From Tilletiaria anomala UBC 951 (taxonomy: Eukaryota): a stretch of DNA of 45,613 nucleotides. Position 1 is the first letter of the stretch; the number at the start of each line of letters is the position of its first letter. Under the pieces are notes generated by a model. It made no database searches. It was given only the letters and a program-made list of their open reading frames with translations, and had not been told where the DNA came from. Shown piece after piece: positions 23,942 to 36,900 of this stretch. The stretch covers positions 248,001-293,613 of the forward strand of contig NW_013547015.1 in the NCBI RefSeq assembly GCF_000711695.1. Reading direction: 5' to 3'. The position numbers were made by a program, and so were the translations under genes.

Positions 23942-26900
23942 TCACTTCTTCTTGCCTTTGCGCTTCTTTCCATCGTCGTCCGAGTCGTAACCTTTTTCGT
24001 GGCGACGCTTGTCATCCGCCTTCGCCGCCTTTCGTTCCAGCTCGTCCCAGTCCTCGCCTTCGGACTCATCGAACGAGGCCGCGCTGCCGCTGCCGCTGCC
24101 GTCGTCCTCCTCGGACGCGCCAAAGTCGCTGCCGTCGCTGTCGGATTCCGAGTCGACTTCGCTCACGTCATCCATGACGTCTGCAAAGTCGGACCCTTGC
24201 GACGACTCGCTGGCCGAGTCCGAGTCGTCGCCGTGCGCCTGCAAGAAGCCCCATCCTCCCTCCTCAAAGAATGCGTACGGGTCCTCCTGCACCGTCTTCA
24301 TGATCGCCGTCCAGTTGAGGTTCACCGCACCCTCGGTGACAGGAAGGTCGACCGAGTCGAGCCATTCTTTGACGCTGTCAAGTGCTTGCGAGGGGATCGA
24401 GTTGATGTGCACCGGCGCTTTGGAAAAGTCTCGCATAACAAAGACGAGATCAAAGTTTTTGAGTCCGTACTGTACTCGCTCAAGGTGCGCAATCTCCACA
24501 TCGGAGAGAGTGACGACAAAGAAAGGCGGCTCAGTCAGATGGACGAGGCAGTCGGTCGTCGGCATGAGGAAGACGTTGTTGCGGAAGGGCACGCCGTTAA
24601 AGCCCAGCTCTCGGTATGGCGTATCGACTTCGAACCGCCCGTCAGACGCTTCTGCGATCTTCTGCGCAAACGCCTTGAATTCCTTGTTGAGTTGATGCCG
24701 CCGTCGTCGCTCTTCCTGTTCGAGCTCGATCTCGTCCTCGTCTCCGGTACGGTATTTGCGCTTGCGGTTGCCCGTCTCGTCGAACTGCACGTCCGAAGCC
24801 TCACGGTAGAACTGTACATCGCGCGCCTTTTTCTTCCCGACCATGATGGGGTATTTCAGGTGCATGTGGATGATGACGACCAGCTCCTTGTCACACGGTT
24901 GGAAGAAGAGGTGCTTGATGTTGCTGAAGAGAATATCGATGCGCTGCTCCTTGAGCGGGGAGCTGAACCTGATACCGTTTTGGTGGATCTCGAGGTCGCC
25001 AGGCACGCGCTTGCCTTCGAGCGCTGGGCGCGGGAACACCTCGCGCAAAATGATCGGACGGCTCTTGTTCAGCTGCAGCTTGTCCTGCTCGACAACATCG
25101 GCCAGCTCCTTCTTCTGCGCCTCCTCCTTCGTCGACATCTTCTTGAACTCGGTGATGTCCCGGTACAGCTCGCCGAAGTGGAACGTGTCCTGTGACCGGA
25201 AGATCATGCTGCGCACGAACGTTGCATCGGGATCCTGAAACGGCTGGTCCTCCTTCTTGCCGAGAATCTGGCCCGGGGTGATAAAGTTAAATCGCAGCGT
25301 CGTCCACTCGCCTTCCTCGCTCTTACTGACGTTCTTGATCGTATTGATGTGGAAAGGGACAGCGTATCCGTAGATGGGAAGGATGACAGAGCGAGCGCTC
25401 CGGTCTAGCAGGATCTTCAGATCCTGCGTCTTGGACGGCAGCCGATCTTCGCGCTTGTAGCTCTCGAATTTCTTCCACACCTTTCCGTTCTGCTTCTCTT
25501 CCCCCGCCCCGTCCTCCGCAAAGCGCGCCAGCCCTTCCTCCTGTTTCTGCTGGGCCAGCTCGCGCTGGTGGTCGCGGATGCGGTTGTCGACATTCTCGAT
25601 TTTCGAGTCGCCTCCTCTGCTGCGTAGAACTTTGCCTCCGCGCGTAATGTGGCCCTCCTCCTCAAACTCGTCGTCGTCATCACCGCGCGCCTTACCCTTC
25701 TTTCCCTTCTTGGACTCCTTCGCCTCATCTGCATCCTCGTCCTCCTCCTTGAAGAAGCTCAAGTCCGAAGTGGACTTGACGCGCTCCGTCATGAACGTCG
25801 CTGGCCCTTCGTTGACGCGCACAGTGTCGACGAGCAGCAGCGAGTATGTCTGGCCAGAGTGGTTCGGATCGGGAATGTCCTGAAAGCCAATAGTGAGGTT
25901 GTAGGTCATGTCCGCTTCGATCGAGCGTGTGTTTTTTGGCCCGAGCAGGTAAGACGAGTCGCGGAACTCGATGCCGATGGCAAAGCCGATCGACTTGACG
26001 AACGAGTCGGCCAACTTGGCATCGCGCTTGCGGACAAAGTCGAGCGCTCCGTTGTAGACGTCCCTGCCTGTAGTACCTGTTCGTAGGATTTTCTCAGCGA
26101 CTTCTTGTTGCACCTCGAGCAGAAGGGCGTAGGCTGCGGACTGCTTTTTGTGCGGATCGATTAGGTATGTGCGGCCGACGTTGGTGCAGTACGACTTGTA
26201 TTTGATGCCCATGGACGCGATGACGACTCCTCCGCCGTCTGCGCCCTCGAGCCGCTTGTTGTTGCTTTGCGCCGAGGTCCGAAGATCATAGTGGCCACCT
26301 GACTGGATGATAGGTGTGTAACACCAATCTGCCAAGCCGAGGTCGGCATCCTGCAATCCTTTGATCTTCTTCCAAAACGCAGCATCCTCCAGCTTGGACT
26401 CGATCCGTGCTGCCAGCTTCTCATGTGTCACTTTTTTGCCCTCATCGAGGATCGTCGACATCTCCTCGACAAAGTATTCTTTGAGGACGCCAGTCGACAT
26501 TCGCGCGGCGGTCTTGATCAATTTGAGCTCTTCCTGGTCCTTTACCGCCCACACAGAGCCAAATGCAGGGCCAACGTCGACCGACTCGAAAGAGTGTTCC
26601 TTGATGGCTCCCGCCCAAACTGCGTCCCACTCTTCACCAAATTTGCTAATTGGCTTGTCTTTTGGGAAGATGCCGATCTTCGTTCCGGAAGTGCTCTTTT
26701 CGATCCGGCCTATCAAGTCTTTCCAGGTCTCTTTGTTGGCTGCATCGTCTTTTGTCCGCTTCATAATATCGACCTTGACTCCGGACTTGTTGTCTTTGAG
26801 CGGTTCGAGCAGCTTGGCTGGAAGAGCAATAGAGACAATGACAGCGTCAGGCGGCGCTACTTCGCTTTTGCACCATTCCGCAAACTCACCTTTTTGGCCA

Positions 26901-27486
26901 GAGGTGACGAATGTTATCTTGTCTTTCGTGAGCATAATGAGCGTCGATGGGAACTCATACCCGAGCAGCCAGATCTGTTCGAGTCAACGCGCAGCAGCGG
27001 CAACGAGGGTTCAACACCGATCCTTTAAGCACCGGTTGTGTACATTGCCCACACGGGAGTCTTCCCCCGCTGTATGAAACGAAGTGTCATCGATACTCAC
27101 ATGTAGCGTAGTCGTCTTGCTGTAGGGCAAGTCCTCGTTCTGTGCTCCCATCGCGGCGAGAACCACGTCGACATCTCGAATGGCTTCGTAATTCTCTTTC
27201 TTGTGCGCGTTCTGGACAGGTTTGAATCAGCGCGGAGATGAAGAGGAAGGTCGCAACGAATATGCGCGATGGAAAAGAGAACGGAAAAAGCAGAGGCAGT
27301 CTGAAAGTCAGCAAATGGATTGAACAATTTGATCCTGGGCCCCAGAGACGAGGTGAAAGCTGAACTCTCCGCAACAGCAGGGAAGAACCTGTCGCAAAAG
27401 GCACCGCCGATGCTCACCTTCCAAGCCGACTGGAGGGCTGCGGCCCTCCGTCCGAAGACTTCGGCGTCAATGGTGATGTCCGACAT
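23942..27486 (-). CDS. SPT16: FACT complex subunit Spt16. Exons 27486-27418, 27211-27101, 26974-26890, 26817-23942; ~1046 aa
   Basis: WLLGYEFPSTL, PIIQSGG.YDLR, SYCTNVGRTYLIDP, PFHINTIKN, LEIHQNGIRF, HLERVQYGLKNFD, NLNWTAIMKTV and an acidic C-terminus. Confidence 0.96.
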
Positions 27487-28371
27487 GACCTTGATCTTTG
27501 GCCTCTGGGAGCCGCACGTGGGATAGCCGTCCAAAGGCTCAGAGGCTGGCACGACCGAAGGAGGAGATGGTGGGCAAGAAGAGCACCAGGGCTCGTTTCT
27601 ATGAGAGTCGCACCTGGAGATGTTGAGCCTTGGGCAAGCTGTGGGTGGACGCGGCGCGCTCGGCCCCCGAGAATGTCGCGTCGCTCGCTCGCTCTTCACT
27701 CAACTGTGAGCGGCGCGTGCTCACTCTTGCATCCCAACCCTACTTCCTCCCAGTCATATATCAACCCTCTCCCAAGGGCGAGTCAGTTGATGGGCCAGGC
27801 GTTAAGCGCGCCCCTGGGTCAAGCAAACCTACAGTCAGTAGGTACATATCCGATTGGGGCAAGCTCGTGGTAAAGCATGCGGCACAGTCTGTTCAGTTCC
27901 CAGAGGTGGAGCTAAACGTCCTATGCCAGCTGCTGGCTCGTTCAAAGCTTGACCAAGCTCATCCCTGGCGGACGGCGGTGCGGTGCGAAGGTGGTGAGTT
28001 GTTATGCACCGGAGCGGATCGCTGGTCTTCGGTGCGCGGGTGCAGGCGCGTCTCTCTCTTCGTGGTGTGTGCCTGTGTAGCCCTCTCTATATAGGGCGAG
28101 AGAGGCGCCCCCCCTCCCCCCCAGAGTGGCTCAGATGGAGCAAACTGATTTGAATGCGCAGCTAACGACGCATACATACGCACTCTTGACCTTGGTCCAT
28201 CTAACCTTGGACATCTCTCCCTACCAGTCTTGTCTATCACCTAGATTGTCCTACACTCGAGCGCTAGACGGGCCTTGGCTTTGTACGCGCTCCATCACCT
28301 AACAGCCTACAGCGTTGTAGCGCATCTGCAGCTCGTCTCTTTACGAAACGCGTAAACCAGGTCGACGCAAC

Positions 28372-29238
28372 ATGAGGTCCAAGTTTAAGGACGAGCACCC
28401 TTTCGGTAAGTACTGCTGTTTTCATCGACGCCTGGCTGCTCAGGCGAGAGCGCAAGCTTGCTTTTCCAGTGTGGATATGGAACAGGCCCTGCGGATATAC
28501 ATAGCAGTGGCCACAAAGATCGCGATGCTGGCTGGCAGACGTGGGCTGCCGTCGCGGTGATCGATCAGGCCACCTGGCCAACGAGTGAAAGCAGTGGAGC
28601 ACATCTGATTGACGATGATGCTCTTGTTTCCCTCACTGTCCTTACTTGTACAGAGAGGCGCAAGGCCGAGGCAGAACGGATCCGAGCAAAGTATCCGGAT
28701 CGGATCCCAGTGAGTGCCTTATCGGCTCGCCGTGCAGCCTGAATTGTGCATCAATCTGAACCACGTCCTCTCTCTTCTCTCTAAGGTTATCTGCGAGAAA
28801 GCAGACAGAACTGACATTCCAACGATTGACAAAAAAAAGTACTTGGTCCCATCGGTGCGTCCTGCTTTTTAAGTCAAACTCGTTGAGTCGATGTAGACTC
28901 ACGTCTTCTCCTGTCGCCCTTCCAATCATACGCGCCCATGCAGGATCTGACTGTCGGGCAATTTGTGTATGTGATCCGCAAACGGATCAAATTAGCACCA
29001 GAGAAGGCCATCTTCATCTTCGTGGACGAAGTCCTTCCCGCAACCGCAGCGCTTATGAGTGCCATCTACGAGGAGCACAAGGACGAAGATGGCTTCCTTT
29101 ACGTTTCGTACAGTGGGGAGAACACTTTGTGAGTCATGCGTCCCAAGCAGAATGAGTGCTGCCTTCTCCTGTCAGTCGCTGACTACAAACTTTTCATCAC
29201 GCCTGACTCTCCGGTCATGCCGGACATGCAGCGGCTGA
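28372..29238 (+). CDS. ATG8: Autophagy ubiquitin-like protein Atg8. Exons 28372-28405, 28654-28709, 28786-28854, 28944-29128, 29232-29238; 116 aa
   Basis: [79 protein letters not shown]. Confidence 0.96.
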
Positions 29239-29533
29239 ACCCGAACCTCACATGCGGCCTCTTTTAAACTGCTGGCTGGCCTACTGTCCAACTCTGTCCA
29301 GGGCTCAGTTCCATGGCTCCGCGCGCTCCATCCTCGTGCTGTCCACTTCTCTCGAGTGCCACAGTTTCTGCCTCGCTCCCGCGTACACTGTACTTCTACT
29401 CGTCCCCTTCGGCAATGTACTTATAACTGCGACCAAGATGTGATGTCCAAGTTGTGTGAAGGGTTGAAAAGAGCATTGCTCTACGTGCGCGCCTTGGATG
29501 ATGCGAGGGTACATGCAGCTCGGTATGACAAAT

Positions 29534-32500
29534 TTATTCGACGAGACGACAAAGCAAGCCGACCCTCAAACCCGCCTCCAAGACACCAACGATCTTGACA
29601 CGCACTCTGTCGCCGCTGAAAGGAGCGGTCCTCAGCATGGTGACGCCCGCATTCAGGCTGTCTGTGGACCCAGCAGGAGGTTGACGGAACGGCCACTCGC
29701 ACTCTGCTCTGACGTTGAGACCCTCGAGGCGGATACGGACCATGGCCTTGAGCGTGGCAGGATTGATCCTGACGTCCGAGATCACAACGACTGCATCCAT
29801 TTCTCCCAGCACGAGTTGCTGCAGCGCCTTGTCGTCCTCTGATACGCCGGGCGACTCGTCGACATACCCGCGCGTGATGATCTGCTCGATCCGCTTGAAG
29901 ATCCAGAAGCCTGTCGCGGTGCGCGATAGGTTGTTCGTCAACGCCGCCATGCGGTCGAAGGACGGAAGCTGGCGCTGCAGAGCCTCGCGGTTCCACGGCA
30001 GCTGGGATGTCGTGCCGGATAAAAGTGAATGCCGGATCTGCCAGTGCGCCACCATATCTGGGTAGCGACGCAGTGGGCTCGTAGCGCGCACGTACCCGCC
30101 TTTGGACAGGGCGTCGCGCTCAACTCCTGCTCCTCCGTCGTGCTCAGGCCCACAGATGCCCATGCTGAAATGCATCGCGGGTTCATCGATGGAGTGAGCG
30201 GCCGGCAAGGTGATACCAGACGCGGAAAAAGCGTCGTACGAAATGCTGCCATCAGGCATTCGTGGGAGAGAACGCAGGCGTCGCATGGCGGTAGGGTCCT
30301 CCGGCATGCTTTGAGCGCGGTACGGCAGCGGAATGCCATGCTCGGCACCGTACTGCCCGGCGACTCGCCCGGCGAGCACCATCATCTCCGCCACGATCTC
30401 GCGCGCAGGGAAATAATCTGCTTGCGCTGATGTGGTTTGCTCGCCACTGTCCCAAGCGAGCTGTATCTGTGGAAAGCCCGTGTACAGGTGCGAGGTTTGC
30501 AGTGACGTTGACGCTTGCAGAAGCTCTGAATGTGAGACACGCACGCCTTGTATGGCCAGCACCCCGGTCGATATGGCATTGTTAGAGATGCGTCTTTTGG
30601 ACAACGCGCGAGCCACTCTGCGCAGCAAGTCCAAATCGTCCTTGGTGTCTGCCAATTTGATGCTCCGATTTTCACTCGAAAGAATCTCGTCAACCGCTTT
30701 GTACGTCATGACCTTGACTCTGTTAAGCCACGTGAGTTGCACTCGGTAATCGTGAACCGTTCCATCCAGGCCGACCTTGGCAGAGAAGGTCATGGCGCGT
30801 TGTCCCTCGGTGTTGTCGTCATCACGGCGACCCCTGGTGGTCACCGTGCCCAGTCCGATGCCACTGTTGACAAAAGAGCTGGGTAAAAGCGGCCACCGTA
30901 CCTCTGGAAAGTAGATGCTGCTTTGGCGCTTTGCGGCGAGCTTCGCAAGCTCGCTATTGGGTTGAAGAAATGCTGTGGGATCGGCGACGTGCACATGTAC
31001 CCAAACTTGGTCTGTGGTGCCCGAAACAGGCTCGATGGAAACGCCGTCGTCAAGCTCGTGAGCGCCTTCATCGTCTATGACGTACGCGGGCAGGTTGATC
31101 TCGACTCGACCGCGCTCATCATCTGTCTGGGGACCCCGCAGGCTTTCATGTGGCTTGTGTTCTCGTGACGGCTCATCATTGTTGACTTCTCCCGGGTCAT
31201 CGCCGACAAGCGACCGGAGGTCCGCGTCGAGTGCAATGGGATTCTGCCATGGTGCAAGTATGCCAATGTCCTGGAGGAAGCGAACGACGAGCCCGTGGTG
31301 CAAGTCATCGCCAGCGATCTCGATAAATGGCGACAACCCAGGCATAGAGTGCAATCCCCCGGCGTGAGATGGTGCTAATCCAGACGCCACGAAAGTTGCT
31401 GGTGTGAGCGATGTTTGCGCATTGGCGAGCTTGAGGATCTCCATGGCTCCTGAAGCATATACGTCTTCCTGTAGCAGACGACGCGAGCCAAGGCTCAGCT
31501 TGAGAAACTGAATTATGTCCTGCTCTTCAGGAGACCATGTGTGCGCGACTTCGCTGGGCAGGAAAAGTTTGCGTGGCGGGCCGTTTGCGTCTGAGGATTC
31601 ATGATGGAGGACCGAGCGCAACATCTCCGCCTTCCAGCTAAGCAAGCGACTTGTCGAGCGCACAAATTGCGTTACTACGGTGTATCCAAAGGTGCCTTCG
31701 GGAGCTTGCAGCCAAGCCTTGACGTTGTTGATCAGGCGTGTCTCCGACTGCGGTCTGAGCTTGAATAGCTGGGCCTGCCGATGCGCTGAACTGCTGGCGA
31801 CAAAGCGATCAGGATGTGACATGAGCAGCAGATGGGTTGCAAGGTATTGCGACCGTGTAATAGCGTCGTTGTCGCCTTTCTGTGCACGCCTGAGCAAGGT
31901 CTGAGTGGCTTCCAGAGTAGTGATTGTAGGCGTGGCTTCTTCCTTTTTCTCGTCTTCCTCTGACGCTTCTGCGACAGCGTCAATGAAATGTTCCGTGAAG
32001 GCAGGAGTGAGGCGCTGAAGCTCTTCCTGCGTCTTCATCATCAAGATGCGCATGGTGGTACACAACTTTGCCCGCGCTTGGAAGCGTTCCTCGTCCACTG
32101 GCTCTTCCAGCGTGCGGACTGGTGCCGAGGAGACAGATGCGCCTGTTGTATCAATTCCACTGATAACGTTGTCCCCATAGTTTTCGGGCTCCTCGGAGCC
32201 GGGAGGAGGTGCCGCAGGGACTTTTGGGTCTCCAACGTGGTGGCGAAAGGCAGGAGTGGCCTTCTTGGCAAGGTTCGAATCGGCTAGAGCAGGGTAATGC
32301 ACGACAATGTCCGTCTCGCGGAACACGTCCACGATACCAGAACTGAGCAAAGCGTAGATTGTTCTGAAGGCGTCCGCTCCCGTTTCCGAGGTCTGCTTTT
32401 TTGCATCGCGTTCAGCTGGCACGTCTAGAATGATGGCGTGTGCATGCTTGAAGGCTCTGAGCGACAAGAATGTGAAAAAGTAGCAGCACCAGTGTCAGTG

Positions 32501-33258
32501 TCAGCGCCGGAAGCCAAAGCAAGCAAACAGAAAGCCGCAGCACGCAGGGAACAGATTGCGATTCAACGAAGTATCTTGAATACTATATGACGTGCGAAGC
32601 AAACCGGACAGTGACTGCGCCTTTCTGTAGGCGCCCTCGGCATTTCAGGGATGCTGGCGACCAAGGTGCAACCTCAACCGATCAAGCTTTCCAGGCCCAC
32701 GGTGACCAGTTCTCACGGAAGACGGGAAACTCACCTTCTGATCTCGACAAAGTCGCCAGGTTTGAGTCCCGTCCCCTTCGTCATCGACTGCACCGAACGC
32801 AGGTCAATTTCGACATCGGTATTGATTGCCTTAAGCGTCTTCGACCAATACGCCTTGGCTGCCTCTCTTTCACGCTGCCGCTGCATTGCTGCATCCCTTC
32901 GCTGCTGATCACTGAGCGATGGTCTCCCCATGTTACGTAGGCCACGTGCCTCGGTATCCGCACCGAATTTTGAATTCTTTGAAAGGGCAATGTCATCGCG
33001 CCTGGCCGTGTCTCGCCTCGGGGTGGGTGCCCGTCTTGCAATCGACGATTCGTGTATGGCCCGCCGTACATTCAAACTAAGAGCTTTCAAGCTTCCCCCT
33101 GCTTTTGGCCCCGCCAGAGTCCAACCGATGGGAGTCGAGCGTGGTGAATCTCGAATGACAAGAGTGGACACCCATCTTCGTGTTGCTCCGGATGAGTGAG
33201 TGCGTGTGCTCTGCACTGTTGCCGCGCAATAGCTGCACACCATTTTCGATGGCGGCAT
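29534..33258 (-). CDS. DSS1: Mitochondrial RNase II/RNB-family exoribonuclease (Dss1/Cyt-4-like). Exons 33258-32735, 32456-29534; ~1148 aa; start could be 33243
   Basis: RNB catalytic motif YVIDDEGAHELDDGVS, VHVHVADPT, EIVAEMMVLAG and YVRATSPLRRYPDMVAHWQI; Arg/Ser/Thr-rich presequence-like N-terminus; 278-nt intron with matching phase. Confidence 0.85.
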
Positions 33259-33426
33259 GGAGACTATCCTGCTGTTCGGTAGATTGTCGGCTCGGCTGCT
33301 TCTGTGCAAGCTGCCTCAAGGAGGCTTGGCGGTCGATTCGGAGCTGTCCATCACCGCTCAGATGACACAAACGCAGCTCGACAATCTTCGACTTCGAATG
33401 ATGGGAGCCGCAAGTCTGCGAGACGT

Positions 33427-33557
33427 TCTTTGTTCTTTCTTTTTTCCTTATTTTTTCGGCTTCGTTTTCCTCCTTTCTCGAGGACAAAAAAAAACTCATG
33501 CGAACAGCGCGAAACAAAAAAAAAGAGCGGAATTGGAAAAAGGCGAAAGGAAGAGGG
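33427..33557. promoter_or_regulatory. Poly(dT) then poly(dA) tracts in the divergent DSS1 / HEAT-protein promoter (likely nucleosome-depleted region)
   Basis: T-rich block (~33427-33478) directly followed by A-rich block (~33486-33557) in an otherwise GC-rich region. Confidence 0.45.
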
Positions 33558-33926
33558 CAGCACTGCGGCAGTGTTGTGTGGAAATCACACCGCCCTGCCG
33601 CCGACACCATCGCACCTCGCTGTGCGGCTCGGAGGGGGGGGGGAGAAAGGGCGAGCTTGATCATGGTTCATGAGGCGGCAGGTTTGTAGATGTAGCGCAG
33701 GCTTCCAACGACGACCGATGTGTCCAGAGGTTGCGAGGGCATACACACAGCGCAAGGCAGCGAGCTCATCGGTGCTCGGTACACTGCGGGTGCGCACAGT
33801 GCGTCATGCCTTGAGCAGAAGACGTCGGCTTTTCGCGTTCCCTCGGACGACCAGTGCAGAATAAGTTGACAAGGCGCTGCGAGTTGCGCGCAGGGGTCGG
33901 GTCTTTGAGAGTCCGTCCTGGCCAAG

Positions 33927-36900
33927 ATGAGCTCTCAGCCAGAATATAGTGGGTATCCTCAACAACTCACAAGGGGGTTGCAAGCGCTGCAAGAACATGT
34001 TACTGAGACGCCTTTCTACACCGATTCCCTCGCAACAGCATCCGATGTCGTGATGTCAAGCGCGTTCCACGAGTCCCCATCCTCAAGGGCCGAGTCTGAC
34101 CACAAGCCGACATCAACTCATGTGCCCGGCACTGAAGCCGGCTGGGGGAACTTTCGCGAAAAGGCGCCAAGTGCTCACACTCAGGAGAATATCTCAACTT
34201 CGCACAGTCCAGCTGCGAGCAGCAACAACCGGCATCAGCGTTCGCGCAGTGTCAACATCCCGGGCAACAGCCCTGTGCTGTTGTCTATGGGCCTGGCCCA
34301 GCAGCAGCTCAAATCCCCGAGTGGGACTGGTAATACAGGAAAGTATTCTCCCACAAACGCTGCGTCGCACAGCACCATTCAAAGCAGCAGCAAAGGGTCA
34401 TCCGCGAAGCGAACTAGCTGGCATCCGGGCAGCAGCGCAGGTGGTGCGCATACAGCCAATCTCACAACAGCGGAGAAGATGAACATAGGTTTGGGTCTCG
34501 AGCCAGTGTCGGAAGGCCAGGATCAACAGATGGAACCGGAGGATACGTCTAGTACAGTTGAGTCTTCTTCCTCGACATCTGAAGTACCCAGCGAGACCAC
34601 CCAGCCCCGATCTCAACCCTTGCCTGTTGTGAGGCCCAAGGCACTCACATCGAGCGAGGTGTTGCACGGGCAAAGCACAGAGAGCGAAGGCAGTACGAGC
34701 AGCGAATCTTCCTCGCCTGATCCAGGGCGCTTGGGGCGCTTTACGCGCCCGCATAATTCTTTTTCTGCTCCTCTTCTAACTGGAGAGTCTCCATCGTCAC
34801 TCGAGCGCGGCATCTCCCCATCACGCATCTCCAGCAATCATTTGCACCACCACAGTGGCCATACGCTGCCGCCGTTTGCTCACGCTCTCGGCGCGCCATC
34901 CTCGCCTCGCTTCAGCGGCTTCCAGCATCATGCGCGCAGCTTGTCGAGGGAGAGGCAGACACCTTCGCCTCCCCCCTTTCTGCATACCGAAGCCGCTGCA
35001 GTAAGCTACTCGACATCCCCCTCCACCTCTCCGCGCTCTCCAGGATTCTTGGCTCGGGTAATACCGGTCAATCCTGACAAGGCCCATCCATGGGACTCTG
35101 TCTGGCCGCCCCCCTCAAGTGCTGGCGCAGGGCACGGTGCTGCACACGATGCGATTCATACAAGCCCGTTAGCAGCAGGGACATCGCCCATGTCGCCGCA
35201 CAGGCTCATCAAAGCCTTAAGCAGCAGTCCCGAGCTACGGCCCTTCCCGCATCCAAGCGATATCGGACGCGGGCAAAGGAGCCAAAGTGTGGATCTCGCC
35301 GATGCGGATGACAGCATGCCGAGGCAGCGAAGCGATAGTGCAGGAGAGAGCGCTCGCTCCTCTGTTTTGAGAGGCGTGCCACATGCGTCTCGCTCGAATG
35401 GAGGCGTTCAGATGCAGCGCCCTGCATCTGCGGATGGCTTGCCGGCCAGGATCGAACGCGCTGCATCCCCTTCCGTGGCTGCCGCTGCAAACTCTCAGCA
35501 TGGCAAGGCAATCACGCAGTCCTTCCAGGAGCGCCCGCTCCAGTCATTGGGGGCCATGCCGCTCGTCGTTCCCAGTTCGAGCCCTGCGGCAGCGCCGGTA
35601 GTGAGTAGGCGGCATCGGAGAGGCTCGTCGAGTTCCAGCTCCAGCTCAGGCAGCGACGGAAGTGGCACTGGGGCCGCCAGTGGAAGCGGCAGTATGCGGG
35701 GCATCCATGGGAGCCCAGCTTTGTCTCCGTCATCGCGGGTCAGGTCTTTTGCGCAGCAACAGGATGCCATCGCGGCTTCGCCGTCGGAAAGGATCCTCAG
35801 CCCGCCGCTCCAACCGCAAGCCAAATTCGATCAGCAGCATGCTCTTGCAGAGGCAGTGCATTCAGGTATCGCTGCGGTGCTCGGGGAGCCCCCGGAATTG
35901 CGTCTGTCAGACCCCATCTCACCCCGCTCAACCAGCCCGCGGCCGCTTGCGAACACCACTTCTGGCCCGCTGTCCTCCCCGCGCATGGCCAGCTTGCGCC
36001 TAGCCACGAATCTCGAAGGCGGTGATGTAGCTTCTGTCCCTTCGCTTTCCTCCCCAGGCGTTTCGCCTGTGTCTCAGTCCCCACCCAAGAGGCGCAGCTT
36101 CATCGGCATGCCACCGCGCTCGGGGTACGAGCTGAGCGACGACCCTGATGATGTCGGGTCCGAAGACGACGACGCAGCTTCGTCTAGCTCTGATAGGGAA
36201 AGTACCAGCACGATGGAGGAGGACGATGTCGATGAGATGGAAGAAGGCGAAGCACCAGAAAGCGGGGGCGAGATGGAGGAGAGTGATGATAGCGCCCAAG
36301 GACGGGATTGCATCGAAGAGCATCAGCGGCATGCTGCTTTCCAGTGCGCCGATCCAGATGAGGAAGACGAAGACGATAGACTTGCGCGGCACCTGCACAT
36401 GAGTCAGCGTCAGGCACACTTTGCCCGCGATGGTCGCTCTGATGGCGCGACAGAAAGCGAAGGAAGTAGCGATGGGGACGGGTCGCACACCGAAGAGCAC
36501 TCATTTTCGCGGGATCAGCAGGAGAGTGCACAGGATGACGAGCCAACAGGAGCAATGGCAATCATTTTTAAGCAACGGCCGATGCCGATCAAGCGCCCAA
36601 GCCTGACTCGTCCGGCTGCAGTGCCTCCGCCACCTGCAACTACGGCTGCGCATGTACCCGCGCTTTCCGAAGCTTCCGCACCCGCTAGCGGTCAGAAAAG
36701 GCAATCTGCTGTGGAGGGGGAGGATGGAGGCATGCCTATGGGCTCTGGGGCGCCACCGGCGCTTGACCTATCGGAGATGGGTAGCGCCGAGGTGTCATCT
36801 CATGCGCCGTCATCAGCCCCGACGCCGGGAGCAGACGCGGATGACGCGCTCAGTCCGCTAGAGAAGATTTTCCTCTATGCAAAGAGCGAGATGGCATACC

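Noticed and set aside
23885..25195. 436-aa plus-strand ORF
   Set aside because: Lies antisense to SPT16 coding sequence; explained by GC-rich codon usage, starts at GTG and has no domain
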